Positions 48,390-59,139 of a stretch of 64,000 bases of DNA are shown piece after piece. A model generated the notes under the pieces. The model searched no databases. It was not told where the DNA came from and saw only the letters and a list, made by a program, of their open reading frames with translations. The stretch's first letter is position 1; each line of letters opens with the position of its first letter. The position numbers and the translations under genes are program-made. The stretch covers positions 4,768,001 to 4,832,000 of the forward strand of contig OZ241867.1 in NCBI GenBank assembly GCA_965203175.1. The letters are read 5' to 3'. This DNA comes from Candidatus Latescibacterota bacterium (GTDB lineage Bacteria > Latescibacterota > UBA2968 > UBA8231).

Positions 48390-49502
48390 ATGCCCAACTA
48401 CTGCCCCACCTCCCGCGACTGGCAACGCCACAGCCCCACCCAAGCAGGCTTCGACGCCGACAAACTAGCCGCGGCATTGGCCTTCGCCCAGACCCAAGAG
48501 ATCCAAGCCTCCACCAATTTGGCCGACATGCTGCCCAAGGGCGACCGCCATCCCAACGACCGCCCTCTAGGCCCGCTCAAAAAACGCGGTACCACAGCCG
48601 GCCTGATTGTGCGACAAGGGTATCTAGTCGCCACCTTCGGCCCAGTCGATAGCGTCGAAGTTACCTTCAGTTGCGCCAAGAGCTATATCTCGGCAGTGGC
48701 CGGAGTGGCCTTTGACCAAGGGTTAATCCGCGATCTAGACGAACCCGTCGGCCGCACGGTCGCGGACGGTGGCTTTGACGCGCCGCAGAATCAGTCAATC
48801 ACCTGGCGTCATTTGCTGCAACAAACCAGCGAATGGGAAGGCGAACTCTTCGGCATCCCCGACTGGATTGACCGCGGCCGAGAACTAGGCCAAGGTGCGG
48901 CCGAAGCTACAGTGGGCGGCACGGCCTCTAGCGCCGACAATTACCGCTCTCTCGAATCGCCCGGCACCTTTTGGGAGTACAACGACGTGCGCGTCAACCG
49001 CACAGCTCTCAGCCTATTGCGCCTTTTCCGTGGCCCCTTACCCCCTGTACTCAAAGAGACCATCATGGACCCCATTGGGGCCTCTTCCACTTGGGAATGG
49101 CACGGATACGAAACCTCTTGGGTCGAAGAAAGCGGCCAAACGGTCCAATCCGTCTCCGGCGGCACGCACTGGGGCGGCGGCCTGTGGATCACTTCCTACG
49201 ACCACGCCCGCTTTGGCCTGCTCTTCCAGCGGCGAGGGCGCTGGAACGGCCGTCAACTCCTATCCGAACAGTGGCTTGAGCACTCTCTCACCCCTTGTCC
49301 CATCAAGCCCGAATACGGCTTCCTGTGGTGGCTCAACTACCAGCACGACATGTCCGATTTGGCCTGTCTTGACAGCTTTGCGGCGCGCGGAGCCGGCGGC
49401 AACATCGTCTTCGTCGAGCCGGAGCGCGAACTAGTCATCGTCCTGCGCTGGTGCGGCAACGCCAAAGCCGTGATTGACCGCATCCTCTCCAGTGAAGTTT
49501 GA
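48390..49502 (+). CDS. Serine hydrolase, beta-lactamase class C family
   Basis: FSCAKS (SxxK), IT.RHLL..TS, PGT.WEYND, YGFLWW, ARGAGG. Confidence 0.92.
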   Translation: MPNYCPTSRDWQRHSPTQAGFDADKLAAALAFAQTQEIQASTNLADMLPKGDRHPNDRPLGPLKKRGTTAGLIVRQGYLVATFGPVDSVEVTFSCAKSYISAVAGVAFDQGLIRDLDEPVGRTVADGGFDAPQNQSITWRHLLQQTSEWEGELFGIPDWIDRGRELGQGAAEATVGGTASSADNYRSLESPGTFWEYNDVRVNRTALSLLRLFRGPLPPVLKETIMDPIGASSTWEWHGYETSWVEESGQTVQSVSGGTHWGGGLWITSYDHARFGLLFQRRGRWNGRQLLSEQWLEHSLTPCPIKPEYGFLWWLNYQHDMSDLACLDSFAARGAGGNIVFVEPERELVIVLRWCGNAKAVIDRILSSEV

Positions 49503-49580
49503 TGCCCGACTGAGTCCTACTATCACGTCATCTCATTCGTTATATTCCCCCGTTATTACTCCTAGCGAAGATACTATCCA

Positions 49581-51675
49581 ATGCGCGATGCTTGGCTCTT
49601 GGTCCTGGTCCTCGCAGCCACGGTTAGCCACGCCCAGATTGCAAAGTGGCAGATCGGCGGCAGCGGTCTGGCTTGGGACCAAGGCGACTCCCTGCAGATT
49701 TTGGTCGATTTTGCCAACGTCCCCGGTTCGATCCAACCACTCTATCTACAGCCGGACCAAAACCTCCTTCCTCTGCTGGAAAATTGGCAATTCTGGCGAG
49801 TTCCCGGCGTGAGAAATCTCAGCTATGTCGATGGCTATATGCCACGCGTTTGGAAGCGGTGGAATGGCAGAGGCGGCGACCCGACTCAGAGTGGCGTCTT
49901 CCTAGTCGACGCAGACTCCACCACCTACAACGCACCTCGCTCGGAAGGCATACAGGACCAGTTCTATACCATCGACACCGCCGTGCCGGTACCCGCCCAA
50001 CAGTTCGGGTTCTATACGCCTCCTCAAGGATTTCGCTCCGACGGCACCCCGCTGAACACTGATGCCACCCCGGCTTTCGACGTCTCCATCGGCGACGAAT
50101 CCGAGCCCGTCGTAACCGGCCCCGCTAGCAAAGCCGGCGGTGAGGATTTCTGCACCAGCAACATAGGGGTCTGGCTACTGGAAAACTGCCCTGAATCTTG
50201 GCGATCCGCCGGCTATGCACCCTTCCAACAAGTGGTGGCCAGCGTGGCCGAAAACCTCGATCCCACCGTCCACGTCGATTTCCCCCGTCAGTACGTGCGC
50301 TACTTCCGCTGGCGGCGGCAACTGTCGCTCCTCGACGAAGAGGCAGTTGACCTGTGGCGGCGCGGGCGTCCAGGCCCATGCGCTCAAGGGTTCCATCGGC
50401 GGCTTCGAGATCTTCGCTTGGGGCGTGCCGCAGCGCGCCGTCTACCTCAGCCGGATCGTCGATCTCGGCCAGGCCGTCAACTTTGGCCGCCTGTATTGGT
50501 CGGCAACGCCGCTGCGACTGGAAAACGGCGCAGTCGTCGAAGTGCCCGACGCCCAGGTCTGGCTCAAGGCCGAAGTTCGCATCGGACGCGACGGCGATCC
50601 CGCGACGTACAACGAGTTCACTGACCTCGGACGCGAAAAGGAAGTTTCGCGCGAGCATTACGAGTCACTCACGCCGCAGTTCACTCGCGATCCCCAACCT
50701 GGGTTGCGCGCCCCGATAGGCTACGACAGCGACAACTGGTCCTTCTGGTCGGTGCCCGTTACCAAATCCGGGGAGCACCTCAGACTCAGAAACGGCTCGC
50801 ACCTGCAGCTCAATCTCTCGCTGGAAAGCCGGGACTTTGACGCGTGGATCCGCCTCGATTCGCTGTGGATCGAGATCGCTCCGCTCCTAGCCGAAGAAGT
50901 CGTCGCCGAGGTGGCGCGCCTGGATGATCTGCAACCGGTCCGGGGCATCGTCGAGGTGGAATTGGGCCAATGGACCGAATTCGCCTACCAGATCAGAGCC
51001 AAATTCGCGGACGGGGCCGCAGCCGGGTTCGACGCGCTGCACATCAGCACCGGCAGTCGCCCCGCCTTCCGCAGCCTAGAAATGGGCACTCCGCTCTCAG
51101 CCGTCGTCCCCGCTCTAGTGCTGGAGGAGGAAGACGGCCTGACCATTCATCTGAGCGAAAAAATAACCCGCGCCAACAACGCGCCCATCCGCGTCGTCTT
51201 CGCCAGCAAAGTGTTCGAATTGGCCGATACCTTTACGGGCGAGCTTCTCGACACCAGCAGCCAGAGCCTGCCGCAACTTATCGCACCCGGCGATGCCAGC
51301 GAGACCATTTCAACCAGCAGCCTGCGGGTCTTGGGCGCGGCGGGCGAGTCGCCCGATTTCATCCAAGCGCTGGCCCTCTCCACGCCGGTGCTGACCCCCA
51401 ACGGGGACGGAGTCCACGACAGGCTCGATATCAGTTATGCCCTATTCCGCCTCACCGATTCCGTACCCGTGGTGCTGGAAGTCTACGCCCTCGACGGCCG
51501 CCGCGTCGCCCGTCTCGACCAAGGGCTCCAGGGTGCCGGCCCCCGCCAACTCGCCTGGGACGGCCGCGACGCAGCAGGCCGCCTGCTGCCGCCGGGCCTC
51601 TACCTGCTCTCCGTCGCACTGCAGACCGAATTCGTCCAAGCTAGGCAATTGCTGCCGCTGGGCATAGCCTATTAA
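49581..51675 (+). pseudogene. Secreted protein with C-terminal FlgD-Ig/T9SS type B-like domain, split by a frameshift near 50345 (pseudogene or sequence error)
   Basis: Frame of 49581 is plausible up to LLDEEA; the frame of 50215-51675 continues LTCGGAG...ALKGSIGGFEIF...AVYLSRIVDLG and ends TPNGDGVHD...LLPLGIAY, parallel to the intact neighbour. Confidence 0.8.
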
Positions 51676-51688
51676 CAGGAAGCGCACT

Positions 51689-54049
51689 ATGCGACCCCTG
51701 CTAATTTTGGTCCTCTGCTCCGCGACGGCCCTCGGTGCCGATGCTCTCCGCTTCGCCGATGTCGACGCGTGGTCGACGTGGGACATGCCCTATGGGCTGG
51801 TCGAGTTCGGCGACGCGGGCCAACTGCAACTGGTCAAATACCGCAAAGACATCAACGCCGTGGCCAACGCTCCGCTCTTTACCCACGGCACCCGGTCGCG
51901 GGGCGAGGCAGTAGCGGGCGGCATCTGGAAGGCCGGCAGCAATCCCGACGCTGCCGAACGGACCATCGACGGCGACCCGGCCACCTTCTGGCAAGCAGCA
52001 CCCAACGACGCCCTTGACGACTGGTTCGTGCAGGTCGATCTAGGCCGCGCGGTGCTGGCCAAGGAAATCCGCCTCACCTTCCCCGACAAGGAGGGCGCCC
52101 GCCCCTTCCGCCAGTTCACCGTCTTCACCGCCACCGGCATCACTTCCGACCCTCTCAACGACGTCTTCATCTACCGGCCGGTCTATTTTACCACCCGTCC
52201 CAACGAGGCTACTTCCATCGCGGTCCCCCTGGCCTTCGACCTCCTGGATACCGCGCAAGTCGTCGACCGCAACCTCGACATCGAGCCCGCTGACATCGCC
52301 AATTTTCGCCTCGTCCAGTACATCAACTTCACTGTCGAGGACTTCGATCCCGAGGGCGCGCTGGCCGAGATCGAAGTCGTCGCTGTCGGCGACAATGTCA
52401 GCCTCGGCACGCTCAACCGTGGCATTGTCCTCGACGGGCTCACTGCCCGCGGCAACGAAGGCATCCTCGACGCCGACATGAATACCGGCAACGCCATCAT
52501 TCCCACCGCCTATGAGGGGCGCGTGCGCTCCTGGCAGGAACAAGGCACCTGGTTTTACGTCGACCTTGGCGCCACCTTCTGGCTCGACGAACTCTTCATC
52601 TACGTGGTCAGCCCCCGCGAGGGTACTGTCGGAAGTTTGGCTGGCCCGCCTCGGGGATTTAAGTTCCTACACTCGGACGGCACGCGTCTAACTAGCTCCG
52701 AGCTGCCCACTCCCGAGGCCTTCGACTTTACCACCCTCATCGACCAGCCCGACCTCGCCATCGGTCAATACTACAGTGGTCGTGGTATTCGCTACCTGCG
52801 CTACGCCTTCGCGCCGCGCCGCATCCGCTATCTGTTCTGGCACCCCCATACGACCCAAGGTTGGGCCTCGCGCTGGTACGAGATGATGCTGTTCTCCCCA
52901 GGCCATCCCGCCCAAGTGGTATTGCGCTCCCCCTTTATCAACCTTGGAGAAACCGCCGGCGACGGACGTCCGAAAGTCATCAGCAACCTTTCATGGGATG
53001 CTGATCTTCCCCCCGGAACGCGCATCGAACTGCGTTCGCGCTCGGGCAATACCCAAGGCGCTGTCTATACTTTTCACAATAAGATCGGTGAGGTTATTAC
53101 AGAAGAAAAATGGCTCAGTTCACCGAAAGTGCTCAGAGGGCCGGTCGATACAACCGTTGTAGTAAGCGAGGACTGGGACGAGTGGAGTGAGGAATACACT
53201 TTTTCCGGCGAAGCCTTCAAATCGCAAAGCCCGCGCCGCTTCGTGCAGTTGGAGATGATCCTCTCGACCGACGATCCGGACGTAGCACCCGAGGTCTCTT
53301 CGCTCTCCGTCGAATACGAGGCCGCGCTCTTGCAGGGGGCGTTGGGCCGCGTCGAGCCCCGCAACGCCCGGCCCAACGAGGACACCCGCTTCACCTATAC
53401 GCTTGCGCCTGCCGGCAACGCCGAGGACCCCGGTTTCGACCTGATGCGCTTCGCTTTTTCCTGGGCGGCGTCCGATATCGACGTGTGGATAGGCGGCGCG
53501 GTTGTCGAACCGACCTTTGTCGACATTGGAGTCGATTCCTTGCTCATCGGCCTGCCCTTCACCGTAAAGTCCGACTCAGTCCAGATCAGTTTCACTACCC
53601 GCGTAGTACACAACGCCACGCTCTTCGGCCTAGATCTAGGTTCGAGTGAACGGCCCGACTTGTGGCAATCGGTCGAGGCGGAAACGCGCCGCGCCAATAT
53701 AGTCATGTTACCCGCCCTAGCAGATGCCACCCAGCTCATCGACGAACTCTCGCTCTCCTCTCCCGTGCTAACCCCCAACGGCGACGGTGCCAACGATGAA
53801 ATCCAGATCCGCTTTGTCGCCTTTAAGGTGACGGGGCAGACGCCCCGGGTGTTTATATACGATCTAGCCGGACGCCCAGTATCAGAACTCCCACCACCGA
53901 CTGTACAAGGCGCAGCTTACGTCTTTAGCTGGACGGGTCGCGATGCGGCTGGGAACCTTGTGCGGCCGGGTGCCTATCTCTGTCGCATAGACCTAGGTGC
54001 CGACGCGGGTGTAGACACCACCCTGCGCACCGTTGCCGTCGCCTATTGA
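51689..54049 (+). CDS. Secreted protein with discoidin/F5-8-like domain and C-terminal FlgD-Ig/T9SS type B-like domain
   Basis: Signal peptide; IDGDPATFW...VDLG; C-terminus PVLTPNGDGAND...IYDLAGR...WTGRD..G.LV.PG.Y...VAVAY. Confidence 0.85.
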   Translation: MRPLLILVLCSATALGADALRFADVDAWSTWDMPYGLVEFGDAGQLQLVKYRKDINAVANAPLFTHGTRSRGEAVAGGIWKAGSNPDAAERTIDGDPATFWQAAPNDALDDWFVQVDLGRAVLAKEIRLTFPDKEGARPFRQFTVFTATGITSDPLNDVFIYRPVYFTTRPNEATSIAVPLAFDLLDTAQVVDRNLDIEPADIANFRLVQYINFTVEDFDPEGALAEIEVVAVGDNVSLGTLNRGIVLDGLTARGNEGILDADMNTGNAIIPTAYEGRVRSWQEQGTWFYVDLGATFWLDELFIYVVSPREGTVGSLAGPPRGFKFLHSDGTRLTSSELPTPEAFDFTTLIDQPDLAIGQYYSGRGIRYLRYAFAPRRIRYLFWHPHTTQGWASRWYEMMLFSPGHPAQVVLRSPFINLGETAGDGRPKVISNLSWDADLPPGTRIELRSRSGNTQGAVYTFHNKIGEVITEEKWLSSPKVLRGPVDTTVVVSEDWDEWSEEYTFSGEAFKSQSPRRFVQLEMILSTDDPDVAPEVSSLSVEYEAALLQGALGRVEPRNARPNEDTRFTYTLAPAGNAEDPGFDLMRFAFSWAASDIDVWIGGAVVEPTFVDIGVDSLLIGLPFTVKSDSVQISFTTRVVHNATLFGLDLGSSERPDLWQSVEAETRRANIVMLPALADATQLIDELSLSSPVLTPNGDGANDEIQIRFVAFKVTGQTPRVFIYDLAGRPVSELPPPTVQGAAYVFSWTGRDAAGNLVRPGAYLCRIDLGADAGVDTTLRTVAVAY

Positions 54050-54122
54050 GCTGGCTGGCTTGACTATGTTATTCTGAGCATGTATAAAATAACAGAAGTT
54101 GAAACCTAATCAGGGCAACATC

Positions 54123-54374
54123 ATGGAAACTCCGCTGCGAGCAATAGAACTGATCGGCACAATTGACGAAAAGGGGCAACTGCATTTGGACGCGCCAATC
54201 TCCGCAATTGGCCAAGGGCGAGTTCGCGTTATTCTACTCCCGGAAGAAGCTGAAATCGGGGAAAAGGAGTGGCTAAAAGCTGCGGCTAGTAATCCTGCTT
54301 TTGACTTCCTAAAAGATCCAGCCGAAGACATTTATACGCTGGATGATGGACAGCCATTCAATGACCAGAGGTAA
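54123..54374 (+). CDS. Putative antitoxin of the adjacent PemK/MazF toxin
   Basis: Small acidic-tailed ORF overlapping the toxin; C-terminal AFDFL.DP.EDIY is typical of such partners. Confidence 0.7.
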   Translation: METPLRAIELIGTIDEKGQLHLDAPISAIGQGRVRVILLPEEAEIGEKEWLKAAASNPAFDFLKDPAEDIYTLDDGQPFNDQR

Positions 54375-54705
54375 AATCGTCCTCGTTCCCTTCCCTTTCG
54401 ATGATCTATCAACTTCCAAAGTAAGACCCGCCGTTTGTCTGACCGAGCCAACGGGTCCGCAGCGCCATGTTGTGCTCGCCTTTATTACCAGCCAAGCTCC
54501 CGACCAATTACTCGATTCAGATGTGCTGCTGAGCGACCAGACCTCTGATTTCCCCGCGACCGGTCTGCGTCTTTCTTCTACAATACGCTTGCACCGTTTG
54601 CTGACGATCTTTACTTCACTGATTCAACGTGAGTTGGGCCGATTGCCCAATTCAGTACAAAATGAAGTAGCCGAAAAACTCCGTACGCTTTTTCGATTAA
54701 GTTGA
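54361..54705 (+). CDS. PemK/MazF family type II toxin
   Basis: RGKIVLVPFPFDDLS..K.RPAV, ITS, TGL...S.IR..RL.T, LG.L. Confidence 0.92.
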   Translation: MTRGKIVLVPFPFDDLSTSKVRPAVCLTEPTGPQRHVVLAFITSQAPDQLLDSDVLLSDQTSDFPATGLRLSSTIRLHRLLTIFTSLIQRELGRLPNSVQNEVAEKLRTLFRLS

Positions 54706-54768
54706 AAACTGAAAGCACCAGTTCCGCATCTCTAGTTCACCCATCACCCCCGATCCATAAGCCGCAGT

Positions 54769-56022
54769 ATGCCAGCCCAATATCTGCGAACAATTCGCCA
54801 TTTCAATCGCGACATCCGTTTGTATCTGTTTGCTTCTGGGCTAATTGGATTTTGCCTATTCAGCGGCATTTACTCGCTATTGTTCAATTTATATCTGCTG
54901 CGGCTGGGCTACGGTCCTGCATTCGTCGGCCAAGTCAACGCCGTCGGTGGCTTAGCCTTTGCCCTATCCAGCCTACCGAGCAGTTTCCTCGGCAGCCGTT
55001 GGGGCAATCGCCGCACCATGATCCTCGGCCTTGGCTTGGCCGTCGTCGGCCATGCGCTGCTGTCGCAAGCTGAATTCGTCCCTACTATCCACCAGCAAAG
55101 CTTCATTCTCGGCATGAACTCCCTCGGATTACTCGGCATCTCGCTGTATATCGTCAATGGCTACCCCTACTTGATGAGGGTCTCCAGCGCCGCACAGCGC
55201 CACCACGTATTCTCGCTCCAAGCCGCCCTCTTTCCCCTTGCGGGTTTCGCGGGCAGTTTGGTCGGAGGGTTCCTGCCGGGCGGCTTTGCCAGCCTCTTAC
55301 AACTTTCCCTCGACCATCCTGCCCCCTATCGGCATACATTGCTCTGCGCCTCCCTGCTACTCACCCCAGGCGTATTTGCCCTTGTGGCGACGAGTCAAGA
55401 GACTCGCGAACACCAAGAGGACACTCCAACGGAAGCTGCCCCCTTGCCGCTGAAGCTCATCCTGGTAATCTCTTTTATTGCGTTTCTTTATACTGCCAGT
55501 GAAGGTGCAGTCCGCACTTTTTTAAATGTCTATCTAGATGACGCATTAAATGCGAGTACCGCTCTAATTGGCACGCTGGCTGCCTCGGGACAATTACTCG
55601 CCACTCCCGCCGCCCTCATGATGCCCTTTCTAGTGCAGCGTTTTGGTCGCACCCGCACGTTCAATGGAGCGGTTTTGTGCTCGGCTCTGATATTGGTCCC
55701 CCTCGCTTTAATTCCCCATTGGGCCATTGCCGGTTTATGCCTTATGGGCACGATGTGCCTAGCGGGGATCCGCCGACCAGCCTTCACCGTTTTCCAACAA
55801 GAAATGATGCCACTGCGCTGGCGGACAGCGATGGCCGGGGCAGCGGCCACCATGACCGGCTTTGGTTATGCCGGCATATCTCTAGGCGGGGGATATATGA
55901 TTGAAGCGGTGGGATATCGCGCTCTATTTCTTATGGCAGGTTGCTTAACTGCCTCTGGCGCAGCGATTTTTTGGCTCTGTTTTAGGCATCGCGATGATCA
56001 TGGTGAAGCAGACTCTGGCTAA
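54769..56022 (+). CDS. MFS transporter
   Basis: About 12 TM segments; LGSRWGNRR and LVQRFGRTR loop motifs. Confidence 0.9.
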   Translation: MPAQYLRTIRHFNRDIRLYLFASGLIGFCLFSGIYSLLFNLYLLRLGYGPAFVGQVNAVGGLAFALSSLPSSFLGSRWGNRRTMILGLGLAVVGHALLSQAEFVPTIHQQSFILGMNSLGLLGISLYIVNGYPYLMRVSSAAQRHHVFSLQAALFPLAGFAGSLVGGFLPGGFASLLQLSLDHPAPYRHTLLCASLLLTPGVFALVATSQETREHQEDTPTEAAPLPLKLILVISFIAFLYTASEGAVRTFLNVYLDDALNASTALIGTLAASGQLLATPAALMMPFLVQRFGRTRTFNGAVLCSALILVPLALIPHWAIAGLCLMGTMCLAGIRRPAFTVFQQEMMPLRWRTAMAGAAATMTGFGYAGISLGGGYMIEAVGYRALFLMAGCLTASGAAIFWLCFRHRDDHGEADSG

Positions 56023-56120
56023 CGTTCTCGTCGGAGTCGCAAGCAACCACCGCCTAAAACATCGCAGTAGAACCGCCTAGCCTTCTCTAGATCCGTCGAG
56101 TAAAGTTTGAGCGGCCAATC

Positions 56121-57857
56121 TTAAACCAGCGCGTCGGCTAGCTCTTGGGCCTGGACCATGCGGGCGTAGCAACCATCTCGGGCCAGCAAATCTTGGTGGG
56201 TGCCGCGCTCGACGATTCGGCCTTGGTCCAGCACTAAGATCAGATCGGCCCGGCGCACAGTGGACAAGCGGTGGGCAATGACCAAGGTCGTGCGATTGTA
56301 TATGAGCCGCTGGACAGCTTCTTGGATGAGGACCTCAGTTGCCGTGTCCACTGAGGAAGTGGCTTCGTCGAGTAACAGCACCGGGGCATTTTTGAGCAAG
56401 GCGCGGGCAATGGAGAGACGCTGCTTTTGTCCGCCCGACAGGCGCACGCCGCGCTCGCCGATCAAGGTGTTGTAGCCTTCGGGCAGATCGCAGATGAATT
56501 CCTCGGCATTGGCCGCTCGGGCCGCTTCCTCCATGTCGGCTTGGCTGGCTTCGGGGCGGCCAAAGAGGATATTGTCGCGCACGGTGCCGTGGAAGAGAAA
56601 TACGTCTTGGGGAACGGAGGCGATGTGGCCGCGCAGATAATCCAAGGGCAGGATCCGCACATCGCGTCCTCCCAGTTGGACTTGGCCCTTCTGCGGGTCG
56701 TAGTAGCGCGGCACCAAGGCAGCAATGGTACTCTTGCCAGCGCCCGTGGGGCCAACCAAGGCCACCACCTGTCCGGCTTCTACCTGGAAATCAATATCGC
56801 GCAGCACGGGCTGATCTGGCTCGTAGCCAAAGGTGAGACTATCAAAGCGCACAGACCAGTCCAGATGGGCTGGAGCCACGGCATTGGGCGCGTCGACAAT
56901 AGTGGGTTTTTGCGCCAACAGGGCGAAAATCCGCTCGGTGCTGGAGGCTGCTTTCTGCAGCACATCGTTAATGGAGGCCAAGCGCAGAAAAGGCTCGTAG
57001 ATATGCGCCATATAGGCGACGAAGACAAACAGATCAGCCACGGAAATGCCGCCTTGCAGTGCATCAGTGCCCCCCGCCCAGATCACTAGCACCACCCCTA
57101 CCCCACCGGCTCCTTCGATTAGGCCGGAAGGAATAATCGAGATCTTGTTGGCGTCGATCATCCGGTCGCGGTACGTCCGGCTGCGGGCCTCAATGCTGCG
57201 GGCGCAGCGCTCTTCCTGGACAAACGACTTGATGACCGAGACGCCGGACAGGTAGTCCTGCACTTGGGCCACCAACTCGCCCAAGCCGCCCCGCACTCCA
57301 GCCCACATGCTCCGCACCCGCGAGACGTAGCGGAAGACGAGGAAGGCGGTCAGGGGGATGGGCAGCAGCGCGATGAGGGCGAGGCGGGCGTCGAGGACGA
57401 ACAGCACGGTCAACATGGCACCGGGAATGACCAAGGCGATGAAGGTCTCGGGAATGCCGTGGGCGATAAAGTCCTCCACGGTCTCCACGTCGTTGATGGA
57501 GCGGGACATGAGTTCGCCAGTGCGGCGCTGGTGGAAAAAGCGGTGCGGCATCCGTTGCAAATGGCGGTACACCCGATTCATGAGCCGGTGCATGACTTGA
57601 TAGGCAGCCACGTGCGAGTACAGACCGTACCCATAGCGCACCAAGCCCCGGATCAGGTAAGAGCCCAGCAACAAGAGCGATAGCTTCAGCAGACCAGCCG
57701 AGGAACCGCCTCCTTCGGTGAGCCATTGGATGAGGCGGCGGATGACCAAGGGCGGCAGCAAGTTCGCAGCGACAAAGAGGAATCCGCAGCCGATGGTCAG
57801 GGCCAGGAGGGTGCGTTGGGGACGGACGAGGCGATAGAACTGGCGGATGAAATTCAC
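56121..57857 (-). CDS. ABC transporter, fused permease/ATPase (MsbA-like exporter)
   Basis: N-terminal TMD, GPTGAGKS, LSGGQKQR, LLDEATS, IAHRLST. Confidence 0.95.
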   Translation of the reverse strand: MNFIRQFYRLVRPQRTLLALTIGCGFLFVAANLLPPLVIRRLIQWLTEGGGSSAGLLKLSLLLLGSYLIRGLVRYGYGLYSHVAAYQVMHRLMNRVYRHLQRMPHRFFHQRRTGELMSRSINDVETVEDFIAHGIPETFIALVIPGAMLTVLFVLDARLALIALLPIPLTAFLVFRYVSRVRSMWAGVRGGLGELVAQVQDYLSGVSVIKSFVQEERCARSIEARSRTYRDRMIDANKISIIPSGLIEGAGGVGVVLVIWAGGTDALQGGISVADLFVFVAYMAHIYEPFLRLASINDVLQKAASSTERIFALLAQKPTIVDAPNAVAPAHLDWSVRFDSLTFGYEPDQPVLRDIDFQVEAGQVVALVGPTGAGKSTIAALVPRYYDPQKGQVQLGGRDVRILPLDYLRGHIASVPQDVFLFHGTVRDNILFGRPEASQADMEEAARAANAEEFICDLPEGYNTLIGERGVRLSGGQKQRLSIARALLKNAPVLLLDEATSSVDTATEVLIQEAVQRLIYNRTTLVIAHRLSTVRRADLILVLDQGRIVERGTHQDLLARDGCYARMVQAQELADALV

Positions 57858-57891
57858 GGGGCACTCGGGCGAACGGTTTTTCTGACCAAGG

Positions 57892-59127
57892 TCAAAAATA
57901 GAACAGCAGCAGCGGGATTTCTACCTCGTCCGGGGTCAGCCCCCCGTGGGCACCGTGCTTTGTCATCTCGAATTTGTCTTTTTCGTACCACCAGACCGAC
58001 TCGCCGGCAAAGGGCAGGACGACCAAGTTGCCCACTCGGTCGAGAAAGCGCTGAGATAGCGGCAGAGGGCCAAAGAGGCCGGCTTCGATCAGATCCGCAG
58101 TACGACAAACTTGGGCACAGCCTTCGAGTTGACGGGTCAACAGGGCGTGGGCTTCGTCGAGCCGGTCGTCCTCGACATAGAGAAAGAAATCGCGGCACGC
58201 GCCGGCTGGCACTAAGGGACGGCCAGCGCGGTCGGTGCGCAGCATCGGCACCAAACCGGGAAAACGAATCTCGTCATTGAGATACACGGTGGTTTCCGGA
58301 TAGACCGAAGCCTGACCGTGATCGGCGATGAGGGCGAACAGAGTGCGCTGCAAACGACCAGCCAGCGGACGCCAAAAGAGCCGCTCGACCGCGGTCAGAA
58401 AGGTGTCGATTTCGACCTGAAACTGCGGCGAATCCGGGCCGTAGCAGTGGCCTATAAGGTCGATCTGGTCGAAGTAGAACAGGAAATAAGCCGGCCCTGA
58501 ACGCGGCTTTTGCAGTAGCGTGGCCAGATTGGTCAGCGCCTCGGAAAAGGTGTAGCAGGGATGGACTTGGGCTCCCTGCAAGTAGGTGTCAGAGCAGGTC
58601 GAAGGAGTAAAAGCCCGGCTTTGAAAAACGAAACTCTCGACCCCTAACTGCGCCAACTCTTGGTATAATGTGCCTTGGGGAAAGACGGTCTGGGCCGCTT
58701 CCCGAGGCAGCGAATTAGGATGTTTGCTGTCGGCTCGGGCAAAAGGCAGCGGGGTGATAATAGCGTCGAGGCTCGGCTCGTAGTACTGCCATTCAAAAAC
58801 GCCGCTACGCCCGGGCGGCAGTCCCGTGTGAATACAGGTGATGTGGGCGGCGGTAGTAGAAGGAAACTGCGCGGTAAGACGATTCACCGATCCTTCGCGG
58901 CCAATATCGCCGAGGAAGGGATAGCGGTCCTGGTAGCGCTCAAAGAAGCGCCAGCCAAAGGAGTCGATAAAAAAGAGCACCACCGTGTCGCAAGGCTCTA
59001 CAGCCGTCAGCAGCGCCGGGTCGAGGCTGGGCGATCCTTGGCCGGTCAGGATCCATTTGATGGTGGCCGGCAGGTCGGCAAAACAGTGGCCGTTATAGCG
59101 GGGGCGGATGAAGCGGTCGTCGAGCAC
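57892..59127 (-). CDS. Alkaline phosphatase superfamily (nucleotide pyrophosphatase/phosphodiesterase) protein
   Basis: IDSFG, FPSTT, D..GH.YGP, ADHG, G.HGGL...E..PL. Confidence 0.88.
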   Translation of the reverse strand: MLDDRFIRPRYNGHCFADLPATIKWILTGQGSPSLDPALLTAVEPCDTVVLFFIDSFGWRFFERYQDRYPFLGDIGREGSVNRLTAQFPSTTAAHITCIHTGLPPGRSGVFEWQYYEPSLDAIITPLPFARADSKHPNSLPREAAQTVFPQGTLYQELAQLGVESFVFQSRAFTPSTCSDTYLQGAQVHPCYTFSEALTNLATLLQKPRSGPAYFLFYFDQIDLIGHCYGPDSPQFQVEIDTFLTAVERLFWRPLAGRLQRTLFALIADHGQASVYPETTVYLNDEIRFPGLVPMLRTDRAGRPLVPAGACRDFFLYVEDDRLDEAHALLTRQLEGCAQVCRTADLIEAGLFGPLPLSQRFLDRVGNLVVLPFAGESVWWYEKDKFEMTKHGAHGGLTPDEVEIPLLLFYF

Positions 59128-59139
59128 GATGCGCGAGCT

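Noticed and set aside
54123-54705. TA pair as part of a mobile element
   Set aside because: No flanking repeats, integrase or transposase found; treated as a stand-alone module.
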